From the NCBI GenBank assembly GCA_018713585.1, contig DVON01000292.1:4749-68748 (forward strand): a stretch of DNA of 64,000 nucleotides, in the 5' to 3' direction. Both the position numbers and the translations under genes were made by a program. Under the pieces are notes generated by a model. The model saw only the letters and a list, made by a program, of their open reading frames with translations, was not told the origin of the DNA and ran no database searches. This document shows positions 1-7,715 of this stretch, in pieces; within the stretch, counting starts at the first letter, position 1, and each line of letters begins with the position of its first letter. Origin of the DNA: Candidatus Pullilachnospira stercoravium (GTDB lineage: Bacteria > Bacillota > Clostridia > Lachnospirales > Lachnospiraceae).

Positions 1-774
1 GTGGTTCCGGCCGTGGATTTTTCAGCCGGTGACGGCGGGTATACGGCCCAGGTGCCGGATACCCAGGCCCATGCCTGGGTGGAAATCTATCAGAACGGGA
101 TCGGATGGATTCCGTTGGAGGTGACGCCGGGTTATGGGGATTCCCTGGAGACAGAGTCACAGCTGCCGGAGGCTTCCCGGCAGACACCCACGCCGCTGCC
201 ATCCGCGACGGCGACCCCAACTCCCGTCCAGGAGACGGCGACGCCTCAGCCCACCCAGGCTACGGATCCGCATGCCGGACAGCAGGGGCAGGAAGAAACA
301 GCCGGGCAGTCATCGCAGAACGGTCATCCTCTGGCTGTTGCCGCGGCTGTGGTGGCAGCGGCGGCTTTGGCGGTGGTTCTGGCGGCAATGGTGGCGACGG
401 CGTTCGCCGCTTACCGGAAATCCCGGATTCAGGCCAGAAGACGCAGATTCGGGCAGAAAAATTTCCGGGCGGCGGTGCGGGAGATTTCCCGGGAAATGTC
501 ACGGATTCTGGAGGACGGCGGATTTTCGCTGACCGGAAATGATCCCGAAGATGCCCGCCGGCTGGAGCAGGAGATTTTCGGTTCCGATGGAGATCATTTT
601 ACCCGCTTCCTGTCCATCGCCCAGAAGGCGTCGTACAGCCGGGAGGCGGTGACCGGCGAAGAGCGGAGCTTTTGCGACAGCCTGTACCATAAGACGGCAG
701 AATACCAGTGGAAGCATTTGCCAAAAAGAAAAAGATTCTGGTGGAAATACATGAAATGCCATGAAACTTCATAG
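1..774 (+). CDS. Transglutaminase-like domain protein, C-terminal part (5' end outside the window), with a Pro/Thr/Gln-rich linker and a C-terminal TM segment
   Basis: The ORF is open from base 1. AHAWVEIYQNGIGWIPLEVTPG resembles the His-containing core of transglutaminase-like cysteine peptidase domains. A hydrophobic stretch AVAAAVVAAAALAVVLAAMVATAFAAY follows. Confidence 0.65.
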   Translation: MVPAVDFSAGDGGYTAQVPDTQAHAWVEIYQNGIGWIPLEVTPGYGDSLETESQLPEASRQTPTPLPSATATPTPVQETATPQPTQATDPHAGQQGQEETAGQSSQNGHPLAVAAAVVAAAALAVVLAAMVATAFAAYRKSRIQARRRRFGQKNFRAAVREISREMSRILEDGGFSLTGNDPEDARRLEQEIFGSDGDHFTRFLSIAQKASYSREAVTGEERSFCDSLYHKTAEYQWKHLPKRKRFWWKYMKCHETS

Positions 775-794
775 ACTGGATAATAAGCTTTCGG

Positions 795-817
795 GGGAGG
801 CCTGGCGGCCTCCCTTT
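795..817 (+). terminator. GC-rich hairpin (GGGAGGCC-TGGC-GGCCTCCC) followed by TTT; weak intrinsic terminator
   Basis: A perfect 8-bp stem read directly from the sequence, 20 nt after the stop at 774. The T-run is short. Confidence 0.4.
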
Positions 818-828
818 GGTGACTGCCA

Positions 829-1734
829 GTGAAAAGGACGAAAAAATGGCTGAAATATGCGGCGGCTGCCGCTGTTGCAATGGCACTGCTGCCCCTGCTG
901 CTTACCTGGCTGATTTCAGGGAAAAAGGAGATTGCCATGAGCCGGCAGACGGATCCCGAAAATGTTCTCCCGGTGCTGATGTGCGGGGAGATTCCCTGGG
1001 ATTATCCGGAGGAAGCGTTGAAAGCACAGGCTGTTCTTACCAGGAGCAGCCTGTATTATTATTCTGAGGAGGGTTCGCTTTACCCCTCCGGGGAAGGGGA
1101 TTTTCAGGATACCGTCTGGGAGGAGGAGCTGGAAATTTACCGGAGGCAGCGGAACAGGGACAGCTACCGGGAGGCGCTTTTGAAAATGGAGAAAGCGGCC
1201 GAAGAGACCCGGGGGGAGGTGCTGCTTTTCCAGGGGCAGGTGTGCCGGGGCGTCTACCACCGGGTCAGCGCCGGATGGACCCGTCCGGGAGGGGAGGCGC
1301 TGGGGGAACCGGCCTATCTGACCAGTGTGGAGAGTCCGGAGGATACCGGATCGCCGGAGTATCTGAACGGACATTATTTCTCGCCGGAAGCGCTGCGGGT
1401 GAGAATCGGGGAGTGCTTTCCCGAAGCGCAGCTTTCGGAGGAATCTGTTTTTGAACAGCTGGAGATTGTGGAGAGGGACGCGGCGGATTATGTGGCGGCC
1501 ATTCGGGTGGGAAACCTTCAGGTGCCGGGGGAGGAATTCCGGGAAAAGCTGGAGCTTTCCTCCAGCAATTTCACCATTCAGGAGCTGGATGGCAGAATCC
1601 GTATTCTCTGCAAGGGGCTGGGCCACGGTATGGGTCTGTCCCAGTACGGTGCTGCCGCCATGGCGCGGCAGGGAAGGGACTATCGGGAAATCCTGGCGTA
1701 TTATTTTCCGGAGACTTCACTGGGAAATGTATAG
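829..1734 (+). CDS. spoIID: Stage II sporulation protein D (SpoIID/LytB-domain lytic transglycosylase)
   Basis: The C-terminal motif GHGMGLSQYGAAAMARQGRDYREILAYYFP is typical of SpoIID. There is an N-terminal signal/TM segment. The start is GTG at 829, since there is no in-frame ATG nearby. Confidence 0.85.
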   Translation: MKRTKKWLKYAAAAAVAMALLPLLLTWLISGKKEIAMSRQTDPENVLPVLMCGEIPWDYPEEALKAQAVLTRSSLYYYSEEGSLYPSGEGDFQDTVWEEELEIYRRQRNRDSYREALLKMEKAAEETRGEVLLFQGQVCRGVYHRVSAGWTRPGGEALGEPAYLTSVESPEDTGSPEYLNGHYFSPEALRVRIGECFPEAQLSEESVFEQLEIVERDAADYVAAIRVGNLQVPGEEFREKLELSSSNFTIQELDGRIRILCKGLGHGMGLSQYGAAAMARQGRDYREILAYYFPETSLGNV

Positions 1735-1814
1735 ATTTCATCATTCTGGAAATTCTATGAATGTGAGGGAAGTATCCGCTTCCCATTTTGAAGACATTGA
1801 TAGAGGTGAAAGGT

Positions 1815-2645
1815 ATGATGAAGAAAGAGAAAACATTACGGATCGCCCTCAGCTGCGCGTTGCTGCTGGCTGTGGCGGCCGCGGGCGTGACCATGTACCG
1901 CTCGGAGAACAGCGTGAAAAAGCAGGATGAGAACCAGGCAGAAGAACAGCAGATGGCGGAGGAGACACCTCTATCCGATCTGTCCCAGGGGCAGGAGGAT
2001 GCCATGAACAGCGGCGGCAGCGATACGGAGGATGTGACCTCTGATCAGGCCCAGGCGGAAAATACGGAAGCACTGAGTGAGGATACACAGGGTCAGCAGG
2101 AACCTGCCCAGACGCCGGAGGCCTCCGCAGAGGAAGCCCAGGGTCAGCAGGAAACCCAGGAGGAAGCCGCAGAAGAGCCGGCGGAGGATACGGCGGCCCA
2201 GGTGGCTCCGGAGCTGAATTTTACGGAAGATACCATTATGCTCTGGCCGGTAAACGGGGAAGTGGTGATTGATTACAGCATGGACGCCACCACGTATTTT
2301 CCCACATTGGATCAGTACAAATATAATCCCTCTCTGGTGATGAGCGCGGCGGTGGGCGACCCGGTACAGGCGGCGGCCAACGGCCAGGTGCTGTCCATTT
2401 CGGAAGACGTTGAGACGGGCACCACGCTCACCATGGATATGGGAAATGGTTATCAGGCGGTGTACGGACAGCTGAAGGATGTGGCCGTTCAGGAAGGCCA
2501 GACTGTGGAAGCGGGAACCATTATCGGATATGTCAATGATCCCACCAGATATTATGTGGAAGAGGGCGCGAATCTGTATTTTGCCATGACGAAGGACGGC
2601 GCTCCGGTGGATCCCATGATCTATATTGAAACCGTGGTGGAATAA
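1815..2645 (+). CDS. M23-family peptidase-domain protein (SpoIIQ-like position next to spoIID) with an acidic Q/E-rich linker
   Basis: The ATG at 1815 is preceded by AGAGGTGAAAGGT. There is an N-terminal TM segment (LRIALSCALLLAVAAAG). The C-terminal LytM/M23-like fold sequence reads WPVNGEVVIDYS...GDPVQAAANGQVLSI...GYQAVYGQL...GTIIGYV. Confidence 0.8.
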   Translation: MMKKEKTLRIALSCALLLAVAAAGVTMYRSENSVKKQDENQAEEQQMAEETPLSDLSQGQEDAMNSGGSDTEDVTSDQAQAENTEALSEDTQGQQEPAQTPEASAEEAQGQQETQEEAAEEPAEDTAAQVAPELNFTEDTIMLWPVNGEVVIDYSMDATTYFPTLDQYKYNPSLVMSAAVGDPVQAAANGQVLSISEDVETGTTLTMDMGNGYQAVYGQLKDVAVQEGQTVEAGTIIGYVNDPTRYYVEEGANLYFAMTKDGAPVDPMIYIETVVE

Positions 2646-2923
2646 GCGTAACAGGGAAGCCGGAAGAATCTGTCTGAGAAAACCGGACGGTTGAAAATGC
2701 ACCGAAACGGAACAGATGCATATAGTAAAGTGAGGGGGCCAAAGGCAGGCAAAAACCGCTCCCTGTATTTACCGGCGGCAGCAGGCGGCCTGCAGATGGA
2801 AGTTTCCTGCCGGACCGACAATCCGCAATCGAGGTTATGGCAGCAGGCGACCGGAAGAATGTGGCGTCTGGTGTATTACGGTTACGCGTTATGAGCGTCA
2901 GGACAGAAGGTCAGGATTGGCTA

Positions 2924-2951
2924 CAGCTCAGCCTTCCGGCTTCACTGTTAC
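2924..2951 (+). repeat. Partial copy (left arm) of the dispersed intergenic repeat family (CAGCTCAGCCTTCCGGCTTCACTGTTAC)
   Basis: Direct sequence match to the left arm of the full copies at 3061 and 27446. Confidence 0.7.
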
Positions 2952-3060
2952 TGGGATTGCAGCGGACGGCATATGCCATCCGTTCCGGGTGATATACAAA
3001 GGGTTCGATTGCTTCACATATAAGGTGGAAAGGGTTTTGCGGAATATTTCTGCAAAACCT

Positions 3061-3204
3061 GTAACAGTTCAGCCTTCCGGCTTCACTGTCACAAAAGCAT
3101 GCACACAGGCTGCGTTTCCCGCAGCCTGGCGCCTGCAGACCTCGGGATCCCGCTGCAAAAGCAGCGTGACACCTCGCGGGACAGTGGAAGTCTGAACTGT
3201 AACT
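3061..3204 (+). repeat. Full-length (~144 bp) copy of the dispersed REP/MITE-like intergenic repeat
   Basis: About 90% identical by eye to 27446-27587. The sequence begins GTAACAGTTCAGCCTTCCGGCTTCACTGTCAC and ends GACAGTGGAAGTCTGAACTGTAAC, so the termini are inverted. It contains an internal 8-bp hairpin CAGGCTGC-GTTTCCC-GCAGCCTG and small palindromes CCTGCAGA/G and GGGATCCC. Confidence 0.85.
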
Positions 3205-3321
3205 AAAACCTTTACATAAACAGACAGGATTCTTGTCCTCGGCACCAGAGAATGTTACAATAGGATACATCAGAAAAGTGTTCGGTTATTTATAGAAAAC
3301 GGACAGAAAGAGGTGCCAGAG

Positions 3322-3972
3322 ATGATTATTGGAGAGAGTGAGACACTTGTGATTACCGGGGATTCGGTGACGGACTGCGGCAGACAGTACCCGGTGGGTG
3401 AAGGGAACGGCAATCTGGGAGACGGCTATGCCAGAAATGTACAGGCCCTTCTGGACATGAATTATCCTCAGAAACGGATCCGTGTACTTAATACAGGTAT
3501 CAGCGGAAATACCAGCCGGGATCTGCGTGGCCGGTGGCAGCAGGATGTGATGGATCTTGCCCCGGACTGGGTAACCATTATGATCGGAATCAATGATATC
3601 TGGAGAAAATTTGATCAGTGTCTCCATCCGGAGAAGAGTGTCAGCCTGGAGGAGTATGAAAGTAATCTCTGCTGGATGCTGGAGACCACGCTTCCGTCGG
3701 TAAAAGGAATCTGCCTGATGCCGCCCTGTTTTATGGAACAGAATCATCAGGATCCCATGCGGGCCATGGCAGATCAGTACCGGGCAAAGGCAAAGGAAGT
3801 GGCCGAAAGATACGGTGTCCTCTATGCGGATGCCCAGGCCGGGATGGATGCGTATTTCCGTCATTATCCGGCCATGTATATGTCCTGGGACCGGGTGCAT
3901 CCCAATCAGGTGGGACATATGATTATCGCAAAGGCTTTGGTGGACGCGCTGGGATTTCAGTGGAATGTGTAA
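3322..3972 (+). CDS. SGNH/GDSL-family hydrolase (lipase/acylhydrolase-like)
   Basis: Block I is ITGDSVTD, block II is GISGNTS, and block V is DRVHPNQVGH. The ATG at 3322 lies 8 nt after AAAGAGG. Confidence 0.8.
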   Translation: MIIGESETLVITGDSVTDCGRQYPVGEGNGNLGDGYARNVQALLDMNYPQKRIRVLNTGISGNTSRDLRGRWQQDVMDLAPDWVTIMIGINDIWRKFDQCLHPEKSVSLEEYESNLCWMLETTLPSVKGICLMPPCFMEQNHQDPMRAMADQYRAKAKEVAERYGVLYADAQAGMDAYFRHYPAMYMSWDRVHPNQVGHMIIAKALVDALGFQWNV

Positions 3973-4047
3973 GACAGAAAATGGTTGAATATACCCTCTT
4001 TATCGAGTATAATAAAGGGGAAAAATAGAGAATGAAGTTGGATGTGT

Positions 4048-4102
4048 AAAAGGGATATCCGAAGGACCGGAAAGCGTCCGGCCAGTCGGATATCCCCTTT
4101 TT
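4048..4102. terminator. Bidirectional intrinsic terminator between the convergent SGNH hydrolase and P-type ATPase genes
   Basis: AAAA-GGGATATCCGA...TCGGATATCCC-CTTTTT: an 11-bp perfect stem flanked by an A-run and a T-run. Confidence 0.75.
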
Positions 4103-4140
4103 ATGAGAAATTGTATCTGAACCCGTGTAACAGTGGGGCC

Positions 4141-6909
4141 TTACTTTTTATACAGAATCCGGATGGAGTTCAGCACACACAGCATGGCGACGCCGGTATC
4201 CGCGAAGACTGCCAGCCACATGGAAGCAATGCCGAACAGACCCAGAATCATCACCAGCACCTTCACCACCAGCGCAAACACCACGTTCTGCATGGAGATG
4301 GAACGGGAAGATTTCGCGATGGCGATGGCCTGCGGGATGGCTTCCATATCCGATGTCATGAATACCACATCCGCCGCTTCAATGGCGGCATCCGCACCGC
4401 TTCCCATGGCTGCTCCCACATCCGCGCCGGCCAGAACCGGGGCGTCGTTGATGCCGTCGCCCACAAACATAACAGAACCGTGGGCTGCGCGGATTTTTTC
4501 CAGCTCTGACAGTTTTTCCTGGGGAAGAAGCCGGGCGTGTACCTCGTCAATGCCCGTTTCGCGGGCCACCGCTTCGGCGCTCTCTCTGGCATCGCCTGTC
4601 AGCATGGCGGTGACAATACCCTGATTTTTCATCCGTCCAATGGCAGACCGGGCGCCCTCCTTGATGGTGTCTGAAATCACCAGATGTCCGATGAAAACCC
4701 CGTCTCTGGCCACCAGAACCTCCGTGCCAAATCCGGTGTTCGGATATCCGTTCATGGAGATTCCCTCAGATTCCATAAGCTTGCGGTTTCCACAGAGAAA
4801 GACACCGTCCGGAAGCTGGGCACGGATTCCCTGCCCGGCAATTTCCTGAATTGCCAGAGGCTGGCTGATATCCAGCCCCTTATCCGCAGCTGCGGCTTTC
4901 ACACTCTCTCCGATGGGATGGGTGGAGGCGGATTCACAGGAAGCACACCAGGAAAGCAGCTGATCCGGGGAAATTCCTTCGGCGGGCGCCACATCCTGAA
5001 CCACAAAGTTGCCTTTGGTGATGGTTCCGGTTTTGTCCATGACAATGGCCTTGATGGTGGCGATGGCTTCCAGGGACAGACCGCCTTTAAAGAGGATGCC
5101 CTTTTTGGAGCCTGCTCCGATTCCGGAGAAGAAAGCCAGGGGGACACTGAGTACCAGGGCGCAGGGACAGCTGATTACCAGAAAACTGAGAGCCGTGTAC
5201 ACCCAGTGATTCCAGTCCCCGGTAACAAGAGACGGAATGACGGCGGTACACAGAGCCAGGATTACCACAAAGGGGGTATAGATCCGGGCAAAACGGGTGA
5301 TAAACCGGTCAATCTTCGGCTTTCTGGCAGCGGCATTTTCCACGGAATCCAGAATTCTTGTGACCATGGATTCCTCCAGTACCTTATCCGCGCGGATTTT
5401 CAGCAGTCCGGAGGTGTTGACGCATCCGGAGGTTACCGATGAACCTGCGGAAACCTTCACAGGCACCGGCTCGCCGGTTACCGGAGAGGTATCGATCCGG
5501 CTTTCTCCTTCCAGGACGGTGCCGTCCAGGGGGATCCGGTCCCCGGGGCGGACAAGAAGCGTATCGCCCACCCGGGCATTTTCCGCAGGGATCACCCGGA
5601 TGTTGTCACCGGAAACCAGATTGACCACTTCCGGACGCATATCCACCGCGTCCATAATCTGGGAACGGCTTCGCTCCACCGCCACATGCTCAAAAAATTC
5701 GCCCACCCGGTAAAACAGCATAACGCCCACTGCTTCCGGATATTCCCGGATCACGAACGCGCCCAACGTGGCGATGCTCATCAGAAAATTTTCGTCAAAC
5801 ACCTGTCCCTTAAACAGGTTCCGAACCGCTGTGAGAACAATCTCTCCGCCCAGGATCACATAACCGGCCACCAGAACCAGCAGGGATGCCAGTTCAAAAT
5901 CCATATGGAGCAGGATTTCTCCGGCGATAAACAGCAGCGCGCCAAATCCGATGGACAGGATATCCTTTCTGTTGGCAGCGAAGAATGATTTTTTCGCGGG
6001 GACAGTTCCCGGTGCAGTCTGAGACGCCTCCGCTGCATGGACTCGGCTCTCCTTTGGCGTTATGGTCACGTCCGGTTCAATGGTACGGCAGATGCGAAGC
6101 ATCTCTGAAACCAGAGCATCGGGATCCGCAGCGGTGACCCGCAGCTGCTTGGTGGCAAAAGTGATGGATGCTTCCTCCACTTCCGGAAGATCATTGATGC
6201 GGGATTCCATCTTTGCCGCACAGTTGGCACAGTCCAGATTGTCTATCAGATACGTTCTGGTGACGAAGGATGCGGCGCGCCGCGTGCGGGGAACCAGCTT
6301 TACCTCCGGTTCGATGGAGGCGCAGATCTCCTGCATCCGTGGCAGCAGGGAATCGGGATTGGCCGCTGCTACCCGCAGCTGCTTTGTGGCGAAGGTGATG
6401 GTGGCATCCGCCACGCCGGGAAGTTTCTGAATCTGTGCTTCCATTTTGGCGGCACAGTTGGCACAGCCCAGATTTTCCACCAGGTAAATCTTCTTCACAT
6501 ATCCATCAGGAATGGCCGCGGCGTGGTGGTGTTCGTGCGCTTCCTCGTGTGCATGGCCGTGGGAATGGTCGTGTCCGCAGCCGCAGGAATTGCCGTGGTG
6601 GTGATGTTCGTGTGCCTCATCATGCGCTTCGTGGGAGTGCTCATGTCCGCAGCCACAGGAATCGCCGTGGTGGTGATGTACGTGTGCTTCATCATGCGCT
6701 TCGTGGGAGTGCTCATGTCCGTGGCCACAGGAATCGTTATGATGGTGGTGCTCATGCTCTTCATCATGGGCGTGCTCATGTCCACAGGAGCAGGAATCGC
6801 TGTGGTGGTGCTCATGTTCATCGTCATGCGAATGGCCGTGGGAGTGCTCGTGCCCGCAGCCGCAGGCCTCCGCGCGAAGTCTTTCTGTAAGACGGTTTTT
6901 ATTCAGCAT
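4141..6909 (-). CDS. Heavy-metal translocating P1B-type ATPase (Cd2+/Zn2+-type) with a His-rich repeat N-terminus and two HMA domains
   Basis: The motifs present are DKTGTIT, SCPCAL (CPC), GDGINDAP and TGD. There are two HMA domains with CANCAAKME. The N-terminal ~130 aa consist of repeats of HEHSHEAHDEAHEHHHHG(D/N)SCGCGH. Confidence 0.92.
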   Translation of the reverse strand: MLNKNRLTERLRAEACGCGHEHSHGHSHDDEHEHHHSDSCSCGHEHAHDEEHEHHHHNDSCGHGHEHSHEAHDEAHVHHHHGDSCGCGHEHSHEAHDEAHEHHHHGNSCGCGHDHSHGHAHEEAHEHHHAAAIPDGYVKKIYLVENLGCANCAAKMEAQIQKLPGVADATITFATKQLRVAAANPDSLLPRMQEICASIEPEVKLVPRTRRAASFVTRTYLIDNLDCANCAAKMESRINDLPEVEEASITFATKQLRVTAADPDALVSEMLRICRTIEPDVTITPKESRVHAAEASQTAPGTVPAKKSFFAANRKDILSIGFGALLFIAGEILLHMDFELASLLVLVAGYVILGGEIVLTAVRNLFKGQVFDENFLMSIATLGAFVIREYPEAVGVMLFYRVGEFFEHVAVERSRSQIMDAVDMRPEVVNLVSGDNIRVIPAENARVGDTLLVRPGDRIPLDGTVLEGESRIDTSPVTGEPVPVKVSAGSSVTSGCVNTSGLLKIRADKVLEESMVTRILDSVENAAARKPKIDRFITRFARIYTPFVVILALCTAVIPSLVTGDWNHWVYTALSFLVISCPCALVLSVPLAFFSGIGAGSKKGILFKGGLSLEAIATIKAIVMDKTGTITKGNFVVQDVAPAEGISPDQLLSWCASCESASTHPIGESVKAAAADKGLDISQPLAIQEIAGQGIRAQLPDGVFLCGNRKLMESEGISMNGYPNTGFGTEVLVARDGVFIGHLVISDTIKEGARSAIGRMKNQGIVTAMLTGDARESAEAVARETGIDEVHARLLPQEKLSELEKIRAAHGSVMFVGDGINDAPVLAGADVGAAMGSGADAAIEAADVVFMTSDMEAIPQAIAIAKSSRSISMQNVVFALVVKVLVMILGLFGIASMWLAVFADTGVAMLCVLNSIRILYKK

Positions 6910-6937
6910 AGGAATTCCTCCTTGATATAAGATTCAT

Positions 6938-6966
6938 AAAACATATGAACAACTATTCATATGTTT
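6938..6966. promoter_or_regulatory. Palindromic operator AAACATATGAA-CAACTA-TTCATATGTTT, ArsR/SmtB (CzrA/CadC)-like, in the ATPase leader
   Basis: Perfect 11-bp inverted repeat with a 6-bp spacer. It contains TGAACA...TATTCA half-sites and lies directly downstream of the predicted -10 element of the ATPase promoter. Confidence 0.55.
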
Positions 6967-6995
6967 ATTATAGGAGGATTCCTGTAAAAAATCAA
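6967..6995 (-). promoter_or_regulatory. Sigma-A type promoter for the P-type ATPase (TTGATT-17 nt-TATAAT on the minus strand)
   Basis: The -35 element is the complement of AATCAA at 6990-6995. The -10 element is the complement of ATTATA at 6967-6972. The spacer is 17 nt. Confidence 0.5.
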
Positions 6996-7034
6996 TATGT
7001 TTAAAGAATATTATTTGAAAAATACATAAAATAA

Positions 7035-7089
7035 TCCCAACTTTAATCCCAATGTGTTATAGTAATGGCATTGGGATTAAAAGTTGGGA
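7035..7089. other. Long hairpin (about 20-bp stem, 14-nt loop): TCCCAACTTTAATCCCAATG ... CATTGGGATTAAAAGTTGGGA
   Basis: Inverted repeat read directly from the sequence, with one bulged A. On the minus strand it is followed by a T-rich tract (TTATTTTAT), so it may insulate the ATPase promoter from transcription leaving the islet. Confidence 0.5.
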
Positions 7090-7104
7090 AAAGGATAATA
7101 ATTT

Positions 7105-7315
7105 ATGAACATCGAAAAATTAGTTTTGGCTCTATGTGCATATAATGATGAACAGGAATGGTTTGAATTTAAAGAGAACTGGTTCCAGCCGGAAGTGCTT
7201 GGAGAATATGTATCGGCTTTATCAAATGCAGCTGCATTTCATCATAAGGCACAAGCATATTTTGTGTAGGGTGTAAATGATGAAACTCATGAGATTACAG
7301 GTACGACTTTTTTTT
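7105..7315 (+). pseudogene. Decayed N-terminal fragment of an AlbA_2/Schlafen-type putative DNA/RNA-binding-domain (ATP-binding) protein
   Basis: The translation is MNIEKLVLALCAYNDEQEWFEFKENWFQPEVLGEYVSALSNAAAFHHKAQAYFV*GVNDETHEITGTTFF. The EFKE...SA(L/F)(S/A)N...GV pattern is typical of AlbA_2 domains. There is an in-frame TAG at 7267-7269, one transition from TGG. Similarity stops after about 70 codons, whereas intact family members run to several hundred aa. Confidence 0.6.
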
Positions 7316-7320
7316 GCCCC

Positions 7321-7715
7321 TGTTTTTTATCTTTTGGCGAGTTGCTTACTATCCTTTGGTTTTGGTCCGATTTTGACAATCGCACCATGTACGCCTGTTT
7401 TGTTGCGCAGTAGAACGCCATTTTAAGGGGTACCAGTACCCCTGTTCTGTGTCTGCAAAGCCTTGCAGGTAGTAGCTTAATCAGCTTCCGCTGCGTAACA
7501 TTTCTCCATGATGTATAGAGGGCGATAGCACTCGTTGCTTGCGCCCCTTGATTACCCCACAGCAGGGGCGGACGGGCTTGTCAATGGCGGTGTAGCCGTT
7601 CTCACTTTTGACAAGAGCGGCTGGCTCTGCTGCCGCTTAGGTGGTTATTCGCCCATAATCTTCCCGATAAACGGGAAGTTGTCAATCTATGACTATACCG
7701 GTACTCCCCTACAAA
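7321..7715. other. GC-rich, hairpin-dense non-coding block inside the AT-rich islet; candidate structured RNA or element terminus of unknown class
   Basis: The local hairpins are GGGGTACCAGTACCCC, CTGCAA-AGCC-TTGCAG, GGGCG...CGCCC, CTTGTCAA...TTGACAAG, AGCGGC...GCCGCT and CTTCCCG-ATAAA-CGGGAAG. TTGACAA/TTGTCAA occurs four times. There is no convincing ORF. Confidence 0.35.

Noticed and set aside
2911-3270. ORFs of 119 aa (minus) and 92 aa (plus) between the M23 and SGNH genes; also 27344-27637 and 9062-9619
   Set aside because: They consist of translated copies of the dispersed repeat. The peptide CDSEAGRL(N/I)C recurs wherever the repeat occurs. They have no RBS and they overlap each other.
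7321-7715. tRNA, tmRNA, SRP RNA, RNase P RNA or a group II intron fragment
   Set aside because: None of the hallmark strings I can check by eye is present. These are the T-loop GGTTCGA, the tmRNA 5' GGGG...3' CCACCA frame, the SRP GGUCCGGAAGGAAGCAGC, the RNase P GAGGAAAGUCCGGGC, and a domain V with an AGC triad and GNRA loop. The class remains unknown.
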